64,000 bases of DNA, from positions 354,429-418,428 of the forward strand of contig JAYONB010000001.1 in assembly GCA_038121105.1 (NCBI GenBank), written 5' to 3'. Below, one piece after another: positions 47,628-57,500 of the stretch. The notes beneath the pieces were generated by a model, which saw only the letters and a program-made list of their open reading frames with translations, did not search any database and was not told where the DNA came from. The stretch's first letter is position 1. Each line of letters starts with the position of its first letter. This DNA comes from Alphaproteobacteria bacterium (GTDB lineage Bacteria; Pseudomonadota; Alphaproteobacteria; SHVP01). The translations under genes and the position numbers were made by a program.

Positions 47628-48047
47628 ATGCAGAGTGACGCCATGACCGATACCGCCGCCGACCAACTGCTTGCCGAGACCAAGTTTGATGCGAACGGTC
47701 TCGTCCCGGCGATTGCGCAACAGCATGACACCGGCGAGGTGTTGATGATGGCGTGGATGAATGCCGACGCCATTCGCGAAACACTGTCTTCAGGACGGGT
47801 GTGTTATTGGTCGCGGTCGCGTGGTGGTTTGTGGAAGAAGGGCGAGACGTCGGGGCAAATCCAAACGCTCAAGGAACTTCGCCTGGACTGCGACGGCGAT
47901 ACGATCCTGGCGCTGGTCGACCAAACCGGCGTCGCCTGCCACACCGGGCGGCGCAACTGTTTCTATCGCGCGGTGCGGGGCGAGGCATTTTTTGAAATCG
48001 CCAGCGTCGAGACCGATCCTAAGACGTTGTATCGCAACGACGCTTAA
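47628..48047 (+). CDS. hisI: phosphoribosyl-AMP cyclohydrolase
   Basis: HisI pattern GLVPAIAQQHDTGEVLMMAWMN...CHTGRRNCFY. A second in-frame ATG at 47643 is an alternative start. Confidence 0.8.
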   Translation: MQSDAMTDTAADQLLAETKFDANGLVPAIAQQHDTGEVLMMAWMNADAIRETLSSGRVCYWSRSRGGLWKKGETSGQIQTLKELRLDCDGDTILALVDQTGVACHTGRRNCFYRAVRGEAFFEIASVETDPKTLYRNDA

Positions 48048-48056
48048 ACGAACGCC

Positions 48057-49208
48057 CTACCCCGTACGTTTGCCGCCATGCGCCATAAGGTAGCCGCCGA
48101 CGTGGTGGGTGTAGTTGCCCGCGCCATCATCGCTGCGGACGTGGACCGGGATCATATCCACGATCACCTCGTTATGACCAAAGCCAGCGTCTTGCATGAC
48201 TTCGCGCAAGTCCATGTCGTGCAATGTCCCGATAAAGGGTTCGGCGTTGTAATGCGTGTCCCAATCGGTGAGGTATTGGTCGAACGGATCCTTGTCGCCA
48301 AACGGCGGCACTTCGAGATGAAGGGCCATCCCGCCGGGACGTAGGAGGCGTCGGGACTCGGCCATGATGTTCCGCATCGCCTTGGACGAGGTTTCATGCA
48401 GGGCAATGTGCGAGACGATCAGATCGAAGGATTTATCGGGGTAATCGGTGCGTTCGGCGTTTTGTTGTGAGAAATGCACCGTCTTGCCGAGCGAGACCGC
48501 GCGTGAATGCGCGTAACGCAACATCGGCGCACCGACGTCGATGGCATGCACCTCTGCGTCGGGAAAGGCATCGACGTACGGCAGCGTCGAGTGACCCACG
48601 GCACACCCCATATCGAGAATACGCAATGGTTTGAAGTCGGGATAGTTGGCCTGGAGGTGGCCCAATAAAGTGGTCCCGCACGACTCGTTGTAGGCCCCCA
48701 TGCCGCCCATCATGTAGAGATAGACGCCCCGGTCGTATAGCGCACCGGCGGAAACGTCGTCGGCGGCGGCATCGGTCGTGTAGTTGCCCGGCATGCAGTG
48801 AATGTCGACCGCCGTTACGTAGCGCGGGATGGGCAATTTCGGATCGAGGCGTAACGTGCCTTTTCCCTTCTTGTTCTCGGTTGCCCGCAGGTGGAGACCG
48901 TCAAAATCACGGTCGACGGTTGCACCGACCGAGTCCCACATCATCTCTTGCGTGGTGCGCATGAACGCGCTCCAGAACTGGTGATAGGGTTGCGCCACCA
49001 TTGCTTTGCGCACTTCTCCGCGCGACTTGGGTGCGCGGCCGTGTTCGCGCTCGAACGCTTTCTTCGCGGCACCCTCGTAGACCACCTTGTTGCCAGCGGT
49101 CACGGTACCGGTGACGTGTTCGCGCAAACTTTTGGTGAATATCTGCCGCGTTTCCTCGTCGTGCGTGGACTGCGGCAGCATCGCATGCCGGGCTTGTGAA
49201 GACATCAT
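48057..49208 (-). CDS. class I SAM-dependent methyltransferase with an N-terminal extension
   Basis: 383 aa. Motif I LDMGCAVGHS. Motif post-I/II region. Confidence 0.75.
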   Translation of the reverse strand: MMSSQARHAMLPQSTHDEETRQIFTKSLREHVTGTVTAGNKVVYEGAAKKAFEREHGRAPKSRGEVRKAMVAQPYHQFWSAFMRTTQEMMWDSVGATVDRDFDGLHLRATENKKGKGTLRLDPKLPIPRYVTAVDIHCMPGNYTTDAAADDVSAGALYDRGVYLYMMGGMGAYNESCGTTLLGHLQANYPDFKPLRILDMGCAVGHSTLPYVDAFPDAEVHAIDVGAPMLRYAHSRAVSLGKTVHFSQQNAERTDYPDKSFDLIVSHIALHETSSKAMRNIMAESRRLLRPGGMALHLEVPPFGDKDPFDQYLTDWDTHYNAEPFIGTLHDMDLREVMQDAGFGHNEVIVDMIPVHVRSDDGAGNYTHHVGGYLMAHGGKRTG

Positions 49209-49328
49209 GACACCCCTTAGTTGTCTTTCCCTACCAGTATGTCAGAAACCGGTCCGCCCGCCCGAACTTCCCTGGTAGGTTGCGAAAACCAGGGCTAGAC
49301 TGCGAAAAACCTGGGGAGGACGACAATC

Positions 49329-49718
49329 ATGATTCCGAAAGACCACCGAGAATTTTACGAACTCGACATGGAGTCCGGCTGGGAAACGCCCGAAGGCTAT
49401 CCGGAAGGGATCAAGCAGAAGATCCTGTCCGGCTCGCTGGACGAGAAGAACAAGACCGGTAGCCGCACACGTGTGCTGACGATCGCACCCGGCACCTACA
49501 CCATCGAGCCCTTCGAGCACGAATACTGGGAAGAGGTCTTCCTTTTCCAAGGCGACTTACGCGTCGGCAACGACGCCCAGGGCAAAGGTGGAGAAACGTT
49601 CAAGGCGTTGACCTATGCGGTACGACCGCCGGGATCGCCCCATGGACCGGTGGCCAGCGACAATGGCTGCACCGTGTTTGAAATTCACTATTTCGACCCG
49701 GACGACCGTCCGGCCTAA
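49329..49718 (+). CDS. cupin domain protein
   Basis: 129 aa, no signal peptide. Cupin-like segment (VLTIAPGTYTIEPFEHEYWEEVFLFQGDLRVGN). Confidence 0.6.
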   Translation: MIPKDHREFYELDMESGWETPEGYPEGIKQKILSGSLDEKNKTGSRTRVLTIAPGTYTIEPFEHEYWEEVFLFQGDLRVGNDAQGKGGETFKALTYAVRPPGSPHGPVASDNGCTVFEIHYFDPDDRPA

Positions 49719-49748
49719 ACAAGACTTCAGACAAAAACGGAGAAGATC

Positions 49749-50138
49749 ATGAACGGACCCGCCGATCGCATCATGACGCCGATGGACGTGCTCTATCGCG
49801 CCAGCAAAGACATTCCCGAAGAAGAAATCCATGCTGTTGAAGGCGCCGTCGAGCAAGGTGAGCTCAGCGTCAAAGTTTTGATGGTTACCGAAAACATGCT
49901 TGTGTTGCGGGCCTGGCGCGGCAAAGGCCTGATCGATCCGATCCACCAACATGACGACCACGAGTCGGTTGCGACGTTGGTATCGGGAAAACTGAAAATG
50001 CAAATCGGCGACGAGGAATTCATCGCTGGGCCGGGCGACGTGTGGCGTCATCCGCCGGGCGTGCCGCACTTCTCGGAAGCATTGGAAGAGTGCGTCCAGA
50101 TCGAGATCAAATCGCCCGCCCGCAAGACCTGGACTTAG
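49749..50138 (+). CDS. cupin domain protein (paralog of 106..489)
   Basis: 129 aa. See 106..489. Confidence 0.7.
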   Translation: MNGPADRIMTPMDVLYRASKDIPEEEIHAVEGAVEQGELSVKVLMVTENMLVLRAWRGKGLIDPIHQHDDHESVATLVSGKLKMQIGDEEFIAGPGDVWRHPPGVPHFSEALEECVQIEIKSPARKTWT

Positions 50139-50142
50139 GCGA

Positions 50143-50170
50143 ACTTTAAGCGCAGCCGCTTCGGCGGCTG
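50143..50170 (+). terminator. probable intrinsic terminator after the cupin pair
   Basis: GCAGCCGC-TTCG-GCGGCTGC hairpin followed by the U-containing GTGGTTGT. Confidence 0.5.
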
Positions 50171-50185
50171 CGTGGTTGTACGGAG

Positions 50186-50209
50186 CGTTATATATCACGG
50201 TATATTACG
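50186..50209. promoter_or_regulatory. Mo-box (ModE-type operator) CGTTATATA-N6-TATATTACG immediately upstream of modA
   Basis: AT-rich imperfect palindrome in a GC-rich context. It matches the proteobacterial ModE-site pattern CGnTATATA-N6-TATATAnCG and ends 4 nt before the modA ATG. Confidence 0.5.
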
Positions 50210-50213
50210 CTCT

Positions 50214-50996
50214 ATGAGGGTTCTTCTATGTCTCGTCCTGGCAGCGCTTGCCTTGGTCGGCGTCGGGTTCACCCCAAGCCAGGCAAAGGCGCAATCCGTC
50301 CTGGTCTTCGCCGCCGCGAGCGCCGAGCCTGCCGTGCGCGCGGCGAGCGAGGGCTTTACGCGGGAGACCGGCATCGCCGTCACCGTTTCCGGTGCGGCAA
50401 CCTCGGCCTTGGCGCAACAAATCGTCCGAGGGGCGCCCGCACAGCTTGTCGTCACGGCGCATCCGCGCTGGATGACCTATCTACAAGACCACGGCGCCGT
50501 GGAGGCCACGCGGCGTTTTGCGCTGCTCGGCAACGAACTCGTGTTGATTGCCCCCAAGAACGGCATAGGCTCGCTCGACCTCGCCAGCCCTTCGGCGCTG
50601 GCGAGTGCATTGGGAAATGACGGTCGCCTCGCCTTAGGCGACCCCAATCACGTACCCGCCGGGCTTTATGCCAAACAGGCACTGGTCGCGCTCGGCGCGT
50701 GGAACAGCGTCGCGCCGCGTCTCGCGCCGGCCGGCAACGTCGTGGCCGCCCTCGCCTTCGTCGCGCGGGGTGAAGCCCCCCTAGGCATCGTCTACCGGAC
50801 CGACGCCGCGATGAGCGAGGCCGTTCGGATCGTCGGCACCCTGCCGGCGGACAGCCACGACGCCGTGCGTTACGACATTGCGCTTGTCGGTGCGGCGCCT
50901 GCCGACGCGGCGCGCGCCCTCCTCCGCTACCTTACGTCTCGCGACGCGCAGCCGACCTTCGAACGGTTCGGCTTTCGCTTCCTGCCCAGGTCGTGA
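50214..50996 (+). CDS. modA: molybdate ABC transporter substrate-binding protein
   Basis: Track ORF from 50172 trimmed to the ATG at 50214 (MRVLLCLVLAALALVG signal). ModA-family pattern. Confidence 0.85.
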   Translation: MRVLLCLVLAALALVGVGFTPSQAKAQSVLVFAAASAEPAVRAASEGFTRETGIAVTVSGAATSALAQQIVRGAPAQLVVTAHPRWMTYLQDHGAVEATRRFALLGNELVLIAPKNGIGSLDLASPSALASALGNDGRLALGDPNHVPAGLYAKQALVALGAWNSVAPRLAPAGNVVAALAFVARGEAPLGIVYRTDAAMSEAVRIVGTLPADSHDAVRYDIALVGAAPADAARALLRYLTSRDAQPTFERFGFRFLPRS

Positions 50997-51694
50997 CCGT
51001 GCTTTCGCCCCTTGAACTCGAGATTATCGCGTTGTCGCTCCGGGTGGCGTTTTGGGCCGTGTTGTTCAGTTTGCCGTTGGCGATCGCCGCGGCCTGGCTT
51101 CTGGCGCGCACGACGTTCCCCGGCAAGGTAATTGTCGATGGTGTGCTTCACCTGCCGTTAGTGGTGCCACCCGTTGTCGTGGGTTTCTCGTTGCTGGTTT
51201 TGTTCGGGCGCCAAGGTGCGATCGGGGGGGGTCTTTACGAGAATTTCGGCGTTTCTTTTGCCTTCGACTGGAAGGGCGCGGCACTGGCCGCCGGCGTCAT
51301 GGCGTTTCCGCTGATGGTGCGTGCCATCCGGTTGTCGATCGAGGCCATCGACCGGCGCCTTGAAACCGCGGCGCGCACCCTGGGCGCTAGCCCGCCTCGG
51401 GTCTTTGCGACGATCACCCTACCGCTGGCATTACCTGGAATATTGGCCGGCACCGTGTTGGCGTTTGCGCGATCGTTGGGGGAATTCGGCGCCACGATCA
51501 CCTTCGTCTCGAACATTCCCGGAGAGACCCGGACGCTGCCGCTTGCCATCTTCACTCTGACGCAGAGCCCAGGCGCGCAGGACGCCATTTTGCGCCTCGT
51601 CTTGATCTCGATCGCGATCGCCTTAGGCGCACTCGTTCTTTCCGAGGTGTTGAGCCGACGCGTGACGGCCCGCATCCGGGGGGATGCGGCATGA
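50993..51694 (+). CDS. modB: molybdate ABC transporter permease
   Basis: GTG overlapping the modA stop (GTGA). EAA-loop LGASPPRVFATITLPLALPGI. Confidence 0.85.
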   Translation: MTVLSPLELEIIALSLRVAFWAVLFSLPLAIAAAWLLARTTFPGKVIVDGVLHLPLVVPPVVVGFSLLVLFGRQGAIGGGLYENFGVSFAFDWKGAALAAGVMAFPLMVRAIRLSIEAIDRRLETAARTLGASPPRVFATITLPLALPGILAGTVLAFARSLGEFGATITFVSNIPGETRTLPLAIFTLTQSPGAQDAILRLVLISIAIALGALVLSEVLSRRVTARIRGDAA

Positions 51695-52776
51695 TCAGTG
51701 TCGCCGTAAGAAAACGGGATGGCGATTTCGTCCTCGACGCTCGGTTCGAATCCAGCGCCGGCGTAACGGCGCTCTTTGGCGTATCGGGCGCCGGCAAGAC
51801 TTCGATCGTCAACGCCATCGCCGGCCTCGTCCGGCCCGACTGGGGCCGGATCACGGTTGGCAATGCGGTCCTTTTCGACTCCGACATGGGGGTGTTCCTG
51901 GCCCCCGAACGCCGCGGCGTCGGTTATGTGTTCCAAGAAGACCGGCTATTTCCCCACCTCGACGTGCGGCGCAACCTGCGTTACGGCAGTCGGCGTCGCG
52001 ATGGTGCGCGCGACGCGCCCGACTTTGACGCGATTGTCGAATTGTTGGGCCTCGATCGTTTGCTCGACCGCTTGCCGCATCGCTTGTCCGGCGGCGAAAA
52101 ACAACGCGTGGCGATCGGGCGGGCGGTCCTGTCCCACCCGCGCCTGTTGCTCATGGACGAGCCCCTGGCCAATTTGGACGCGGCGCGGCGTGACGAGATC
52201 TTGCCTTTTCTGGAAAAGATGTGCCGCGACCTCGCCGTGCCGATCATTTATGTCAGCCATGCGATCGACGAGATTACACGCTTGGCGGATACGCTCGTCG
52301 TTGTCGACGCCGGGAAAACGCTGGCGGTCGGGGCTGTGTCGGAGGTCACGACCCGTTTGGACATCGCCCCCCTTACCGACCGACGCGATGCGGGCACGGT
52401 GCTGGACGGCCGAATCGAAAGTCACGACTCGACCTACCATTTGACGACGGTCTCGTTTCCGGGCGGACAACTGGTCGTCCCCGCCATTGGAGGAATCATC
52501 GGCGAGAAACTAAGGCTCAGAATTCAAGCGCGCGACGTCGCGATCGCGACCGATACGCCAAGCCACATCAGTACGTTGAACTGCCTCCCCGGCGTAATAA
52601 CCGACATCGGGATGCCGCGCCATGCCCATCAAGATATTCTGGTCGACGTAGGGATGCCGATCCTGGCTCGACTGACGTTGCGATCGGTGGCCGATCTCGG
52701 CCTTGCCCCGGGACGGCAGGTCACGGCGCTAATTAAGTCCGTGGCCGTGGACCGGAATGCGGCGGCCGCCGACTAG
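51691..52776 (+). CDS. modC: molybdate ABC transporter ATP-binding protein with a C-terminal TOBE domain
   Basis: 361 aa. Walker A GVSGAGKTS. LSGGEKQR. C-terminal Mop/TOBE-like region. Confidence 0.85.
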   Translation: MISVAVRKRDGDFVLDARFESSAGVTALFGVSGAGKTSIVNAIAGLVRPDWGRITVGNAVLFDSDMGVFLAPERRGVGYVFQEDRLFPHLDVRRNLRYGSRRRDGARDAPDFDAIVELLGLDRLLDRLPHRLSGGEKQRVAIGRAVLSHPRLLLMDEPLANLDAARRDEILPFLEKMCRDLAVPIIYVSHAIDEITRLADTLVVVDAGKTLAVGAVSEVTTRLDIAPLTDRRDAGTVLDGRIESHDSTYHLTTVSFPGGQLVVPAIGGIIGEKLRLRIQARDVAIATDTPSHISTLNCLPGVITDIGMPRHAHQDILVDVGMPILARLTLRSVADLGLAPGRQVTALIKSVAVDRNAAAAD

Positions 52777-53015
52777 GAGTTGATCGCGGTGCAGTCGCGT
52801 TCGCCGAGCGTCTCGGTGCAGCGCACGGTCGGGGCCGGCGGTTCGGCGGGCGGTGGCGGCACTTGGAAGAACTTCCCGACCTCGCCCGGCTGGGCACACC
52901 AAAAGGCCCGTTCGGGCGGTGCGCCGAACTCGGCGCCGCAGGAAAATGACGTCCCGCACCCGCTGAGCGCCAGGAATAATCCAACGAAGAAAAGACGCCG
53001 CGGGCGTTTCCGCAT
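52773..53015 (-). CDS. small putative lipoprotein
   Basis: Track ORF 52773..53042 trimmed to the ATG at 53015. Lipobox LALSGC. Pro-rich C-terminus. Confidence 0.45.
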   Translation of the reverse strand: MRKRPRRLFFVGLFLALSGCGTSFSCGAEFGAPPERAFWCAQPGEVGKFFQVPPPPAEPPAPTVRCTETLGERDCTAINS

Positions 53016-53100
53016 AGGGCGCTCCACTGATACCGGTGACATTCGGATCAGCCTATCCGGACGTGGTTAAAGACGCGTTAAGGGCCCACGCGCGGAGGCG

Positions 53101-53343
53101 TCAGTCGTCGTCGTAGGCCTGGATCGGAATCACCTTGTCGATCACAAAGCCCTTGTCGGCGGGGTAGCGGATCTCAACTTTGCGTCGTGCCACATCGGCG
53201 TCGGCGGCTTCAACTTCCTGGTAGTGGTTTTCGGCCCAGTCGTCGCTCAGGTCTTTGTGGCTTTCGTTTCGTTCCACCAATTTGCGAACAAGGCTGTTGT
53301 AAACCACCACTTCGAAACGATTTTTCTCTTTTCGCAACGGCAT
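53101..53343 (-). CDS. hypothetical protein (~80 aa)
   Basis: Track ORF 53101..53400 trimmed to the ATG at 53343 (MPLRKEKNRFEVVVYN...). No assignable domain. Confidence 0.35.
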   Translation of the reverse strand: MPLRKEKNRFEVVVYNSLVRKLVERNESHKDLSDDWAENHYQEVEAADADVARRKVEIRYPADKGFVIDKVIPIQAYDDD

Positions 53344-53616
53344 GGCCCCCAGCCGATCAGTGGACACCCGCGGTGTCCCCCTATCGCCCTTGAGGACCAT
53401 GCTAGGCCCAATTTACGAGGTCACCAACTGTTCCGACCGACGACCGCGCCGGGACCCGCCCTGGCAAATCACGGAATAGCTACAAAATCTGGTAGAGCCA
53501 CCCCCACCCTCATGCTACATTCTGTGCTTGTATGAGGCAGCGAGAGCTCAAACTCGTCGTCAACGGGAAATGGTGGGCCTGAGTTCAACCAGGTGCAAAT
53601 CATCGCAAACCAACGC

Positions 53617-54522
53617 ATGGGCATCGTTTTGACGCGCGAGTCGCGCCGTGGCCGCAGAATTCTGCTGGTTTCCGCGCTGCTCTTGGCCGTAGGCGGCTGT
53701 AACGCGATCGGCGGGGCCTTTTCATCGGTCAGTAGCTCGGTCAAAGGCGCGGTGTTTCCGGGCGGCGACGAACAAAACAGTGGTCGTTCCACGACCACCG
53801 CTCAAGCGGCGCCCGCACCGGCCGCGAGCAACAATGCGCCCGCGCCCCTAGGCAGCGGGACCTCGGACGAACGCATCGAACGCTTGGAGCAAGAGGTCAC
53901 CGCCTTGCGGGCCGAACTAGCGCAACTCAAGCCCAGCATCGAACGCCTGGTCGGGATCGAAGGCGACATTCGAGTCCTGCTGACGCAGTTGTCGCGGTTG
54001 ACCGGCCCGGACGGCGGTACGACCGAAACGGCGACAAACGAGGCCGAGACGGCCGAGACGGACACCGGTTCGGCAGCTGCACCGGCGCAGGCCCCTAACC
54101 CGCCGGCGCTTCAGCCGGTCGAACAAGCCCAGCCCGCCCCGGCGCCCGGCCAACCACAATCGTTGCGCCCGCTACAGCCCGTGCAAGCCGCAACGGCGGC
54201 ACCGGCGCCGGCTGCGCCCACGCAACTCACCTCGATTTCGCCCTCGGTGGCACCAGCCGAACAAGTCAGCGTCCATCTTGCGTCATTCCGGGGACAGGAT
54301 AGTGCGCGACAAGGTTGGCGCGAATTGCAGGCCACCCATAGCGACCTTTTGGGCGGGCTCGACTATCGCATCAGCCCGGTTCAGCTTTCGGGCGGCCGCG
54401 GCACGTTCTACCGCGTGAAGGCCGGCCCCTTCACCGATACGGCAAGTGCCGAGGAAATCTGCCGCTTAATGAAATCTCGTAACGCCTATTGCGTACTGTC
54501 GGACTTCACGGGCAACAAATAA
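53617..54522 (+). CDS. SPOR-domain lipoprotein (coiled-coil plus Pro/Ala-rich linker plus C-terminal SPOR)
   Basis: ATG at 53617 (GTG at 53593 is the alternative). Lipobox LLAVGGC. Linker of PAPA/PQ repeats. C-terminal VHLASFRGQDSARQGWRELQ...FYRVKAGPFTDTASAEEICRLMKSRNAYCVL is a SPOR-like fold with a Cys pair. Confidence 0.7.
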   Translation: MGIVLTRESRRGRRILLVSALLLAVGGCNAIGGAFSSVSSSVKGAVFPGGDEQNSGRSTTTAQAAPAPAASNNAPAPLGSGTSDERIERLEQEVTALRAELAQLKPSIERLVGIEGDIRVLLTQLSRLTGPDGGTTETATNEAETAETDTGSAAAPAQAPNPPALQPVEQAQPAPAPGQPQSLRPLQPVQAATAAPAPAAPTQLTSISPSVAPAEQVSVHLASFRGQDSARQGWRELQATHSDLLGGLDYRISPVQLSGGRGTFYRVKAGPFTDTASAEEICRLMKSRNAYCVLSDFTGNK

Positions 54523-54524
54523 CT

Positions 54525-57500
54525 CTATAGCCGCGCGCGGGTGACCCGACAGGTCTGACCGTCCGCGATGAGACGGGCGCATATCGAAAGCGCATTGATT
54601 TCCGTAAACGGACCGACCAGCAACGGACGCTTATCGGCAACCGGGTCGGCACTTTGAAGCGGACGGGCACTTTGCAAAACGTCGGGGTAAAGACGGCGCA
54701 TCAACTGCCAGCCTGCATCGACGCCGGTTTGCGATCCGTACTCGCCAAGGCGGACCGCAACGACCGTCTCGGCCGGGGTGTCAGACACGGCATCGGCGGT
54801 TTCTTCGATTGCCGGCAATGGTGCTTTCTCCACAGGCCACACCGGCTCGGCCGCAACCACAGGCCCGATGGGACGTAGACCGGGTAGTGGTGCGGGGGCT
54901 TTCGTATCCGCAGCCGCCATCGGTGTGTCCGTCACGATCGGTTTTGCGTCGCAGCGCGGGACGCTGCTGCCAAGTTGTACGCACAACGCCTCACTTCCTT
55001 CCCGCGTCAACGGGCCGACCTGCAATACCTCGGGGTCAACGCCGGATTGACGGTCCGCGCCTTCTAAGTCCGCCGCATAGAGCCGGCGCAATAACGACCA
55101 CGCGATATCGGCGCGATCCGCTGTGGGATAGCGGCCGAGGTCGACGATGACTGGAACATCCGTAGAGAAATCGATCGGCCCCTCCGTGGCGGTCGGGGCA
55201 TTTATTTCACCGGATACAGCTTCAATCGAAGACGGCAACAGAACCGGCGGCTCGGGAACATAAGGAAACCCGACAACGTCGCATGAAATATTGGTTGCCT
55301 TGAGCCGTGCGCAAACCGTCTCAGCGGCAGCAGGCGAAAGGCGGCCTAGTGTAAGGTCGAAGGGTCCAGCCTGCTGGTCGAGCGGTGTCTCAAGCGCAAG
55401 GCTCCCTAAGAGTTCCGGATAAAGCTCACGGTAAATCGCCACCGAAGCGCGGGCGCTTTCCGGGGTGGGGAATAGCCCCAACCGAACTGCCGCTAACTTT
55501 AGATCGGCCGGTGGCGGCAGCGTCAGACCGGGTCGGCCGGTCACAATTTGAACTCCCAAGATCGGATCGGCTTCGGGGGTAACCGGCACCGGAATCCGAC
55601 GCGGCGCGGGGACGACTAGCCCTTGAGTCGCAACGTTTTCGGGAGAGAGCTGGATCGTATAGTCACCGGGAAACACATTCACAAAGAGGAAGAAACCATC
55701 GAAGAGCGTTTGATCGGTGCTGACCACTTCGCCCTGGCTGTTTCGCAACTCGACCGTCACCCCCGGAAGCGGTGATAGTTCGGCGCCTTCATCGAGGAGC
55801 GCGACGACCGACCCCTCGATCTCGGTTGTGAGCGCAACCGGGAAATCGATGGTATTTGTCCGACCCGGACGCGGTAACACCGACCGCCCTGTAACCAACG
55901 GCGCGAGGAATGGATCCGGCAACGAACCCGGCCGAACGCGAACATCAGTTAATAGGTACGGCGGCAGTCGCTTGACGAACGCAATTCCCTCCTCGTTGGT
56001 ATCATCCGACTTGTTCGCTTGTACCGCCTCGACCCGAACATCCGGCAACAACTCCTCGCCCGGATCGAGCTGGCGGTTCAGGTTCTCGTCGCGAAAGACA
56101 CGGGCAGCAACCGCGCCGCCACCGGTAAAGGTCGACCCTGCAGTCTCCACGCGCCCAGAGAAAGGTTCTCGACCCGCGGCAAACGAAAGGCTCAACAATG
56201 CGAAGAACTGGTTGTTCGAATCGTATGTCAACGTGGGACTCAGGATGAAGCGATCGAACCGATAGCTTCCGCCTAAGCTATAGGCCTTACGTTGCGACAA
56301 TAGGAAGCGCTGATATCCAAGTCGGGCTTGCGATCTATTGTTGATCGTCCAATTGATGTCGCCATCAACTCGCTGCAATTGACGCGTCTCGATCAGACGG
56401 TAGCTGGCGCCAAGCCGAAAGTTGACGGGAGACACAAAAACGGAGTTCTGCACCGTTCCGGTAAGGGAACGCTGCTGGTTCGCCGAGGGAAGATCTAAGC
56501 GGGCCCATTCCAATGTATTCGACAATCGAAAGCGACCGAGCCCTGTACTGTTGCTTAGTCGAGCACTATCCGAAACCGTACCGGTCTCGGAGACAATCCG
56601 GCTCGCTGACGCAGTATAGGGAAGCTCGAAGGCGCCGATGATCGGGATATCCCCGGAAGCCGATACACTAAACCCGTTGGCGTTGGACGGACCCGAAGCC
56701 TGCGTGGTCTCGAATCGCAATCCAACTGACTGGCCACCATACGATGTCCGGTATTCAGCAGTCGCATTCCACCCCGAATCAAATGATGTGGTTGTACCTA
56801 GACTCGCCACACCGTCAAACAAAGGCGAACTCACTGCCGCATCGAGACTACCAGTGCTCGGCCTACCGGTATCAACAAAGGAAAGACCGGCAGATGCGGA
56901 TACTCCGTTCGAAAAACTGCGCTGCACATTGACCGCGCTTGCGAGCGGTCCCGGCTCCTGCGAAACCGGCTCAAGTGGAATCAGAGGTTCGCCGGGTTTG
57001 AATATTGCAGCCGAATATGTCGGCAAATTCGTTAACCTGCCGACCGACGTGACGGTTCGTGACGCCCGTTCCTCACGGATCTCGCCTTGTGTTCCGTAAA
57101 AGACGAGACGGAACTCGTTGTCCCCCAACACCAAAGGTACGTCACGAAATTCGTAACGGCCGTCGTCCCCTACGGTTTGGAGATCCTGCAAAATTCCGTT
57201 GCGGTATAGCTCGATGTCAGTTCCCGGTTGTTCGGTACCGACGAAGTCAGTCGTCGTCCCAAGATTTTGAATTCCAGTTGTGTTATTTGTGATGAACCCC
57301 CCGATTCCCGTGCCTCCAACGGGCAGGCCCGGCGCAATGACATCACCCACCTCGACGCGAGTTGCCTGAAGCGGCCCTAGGAGGCCACCAGTCGGGTCCT
57401 CGCGACGGAGGGTTAGCCGCGCTGAATTGAAAAGGTCATCTCGATTCCCACTCAGGAAGAATTCACCGGTTGCTAGCCCAAGATCCCCACGGCCGACAAC

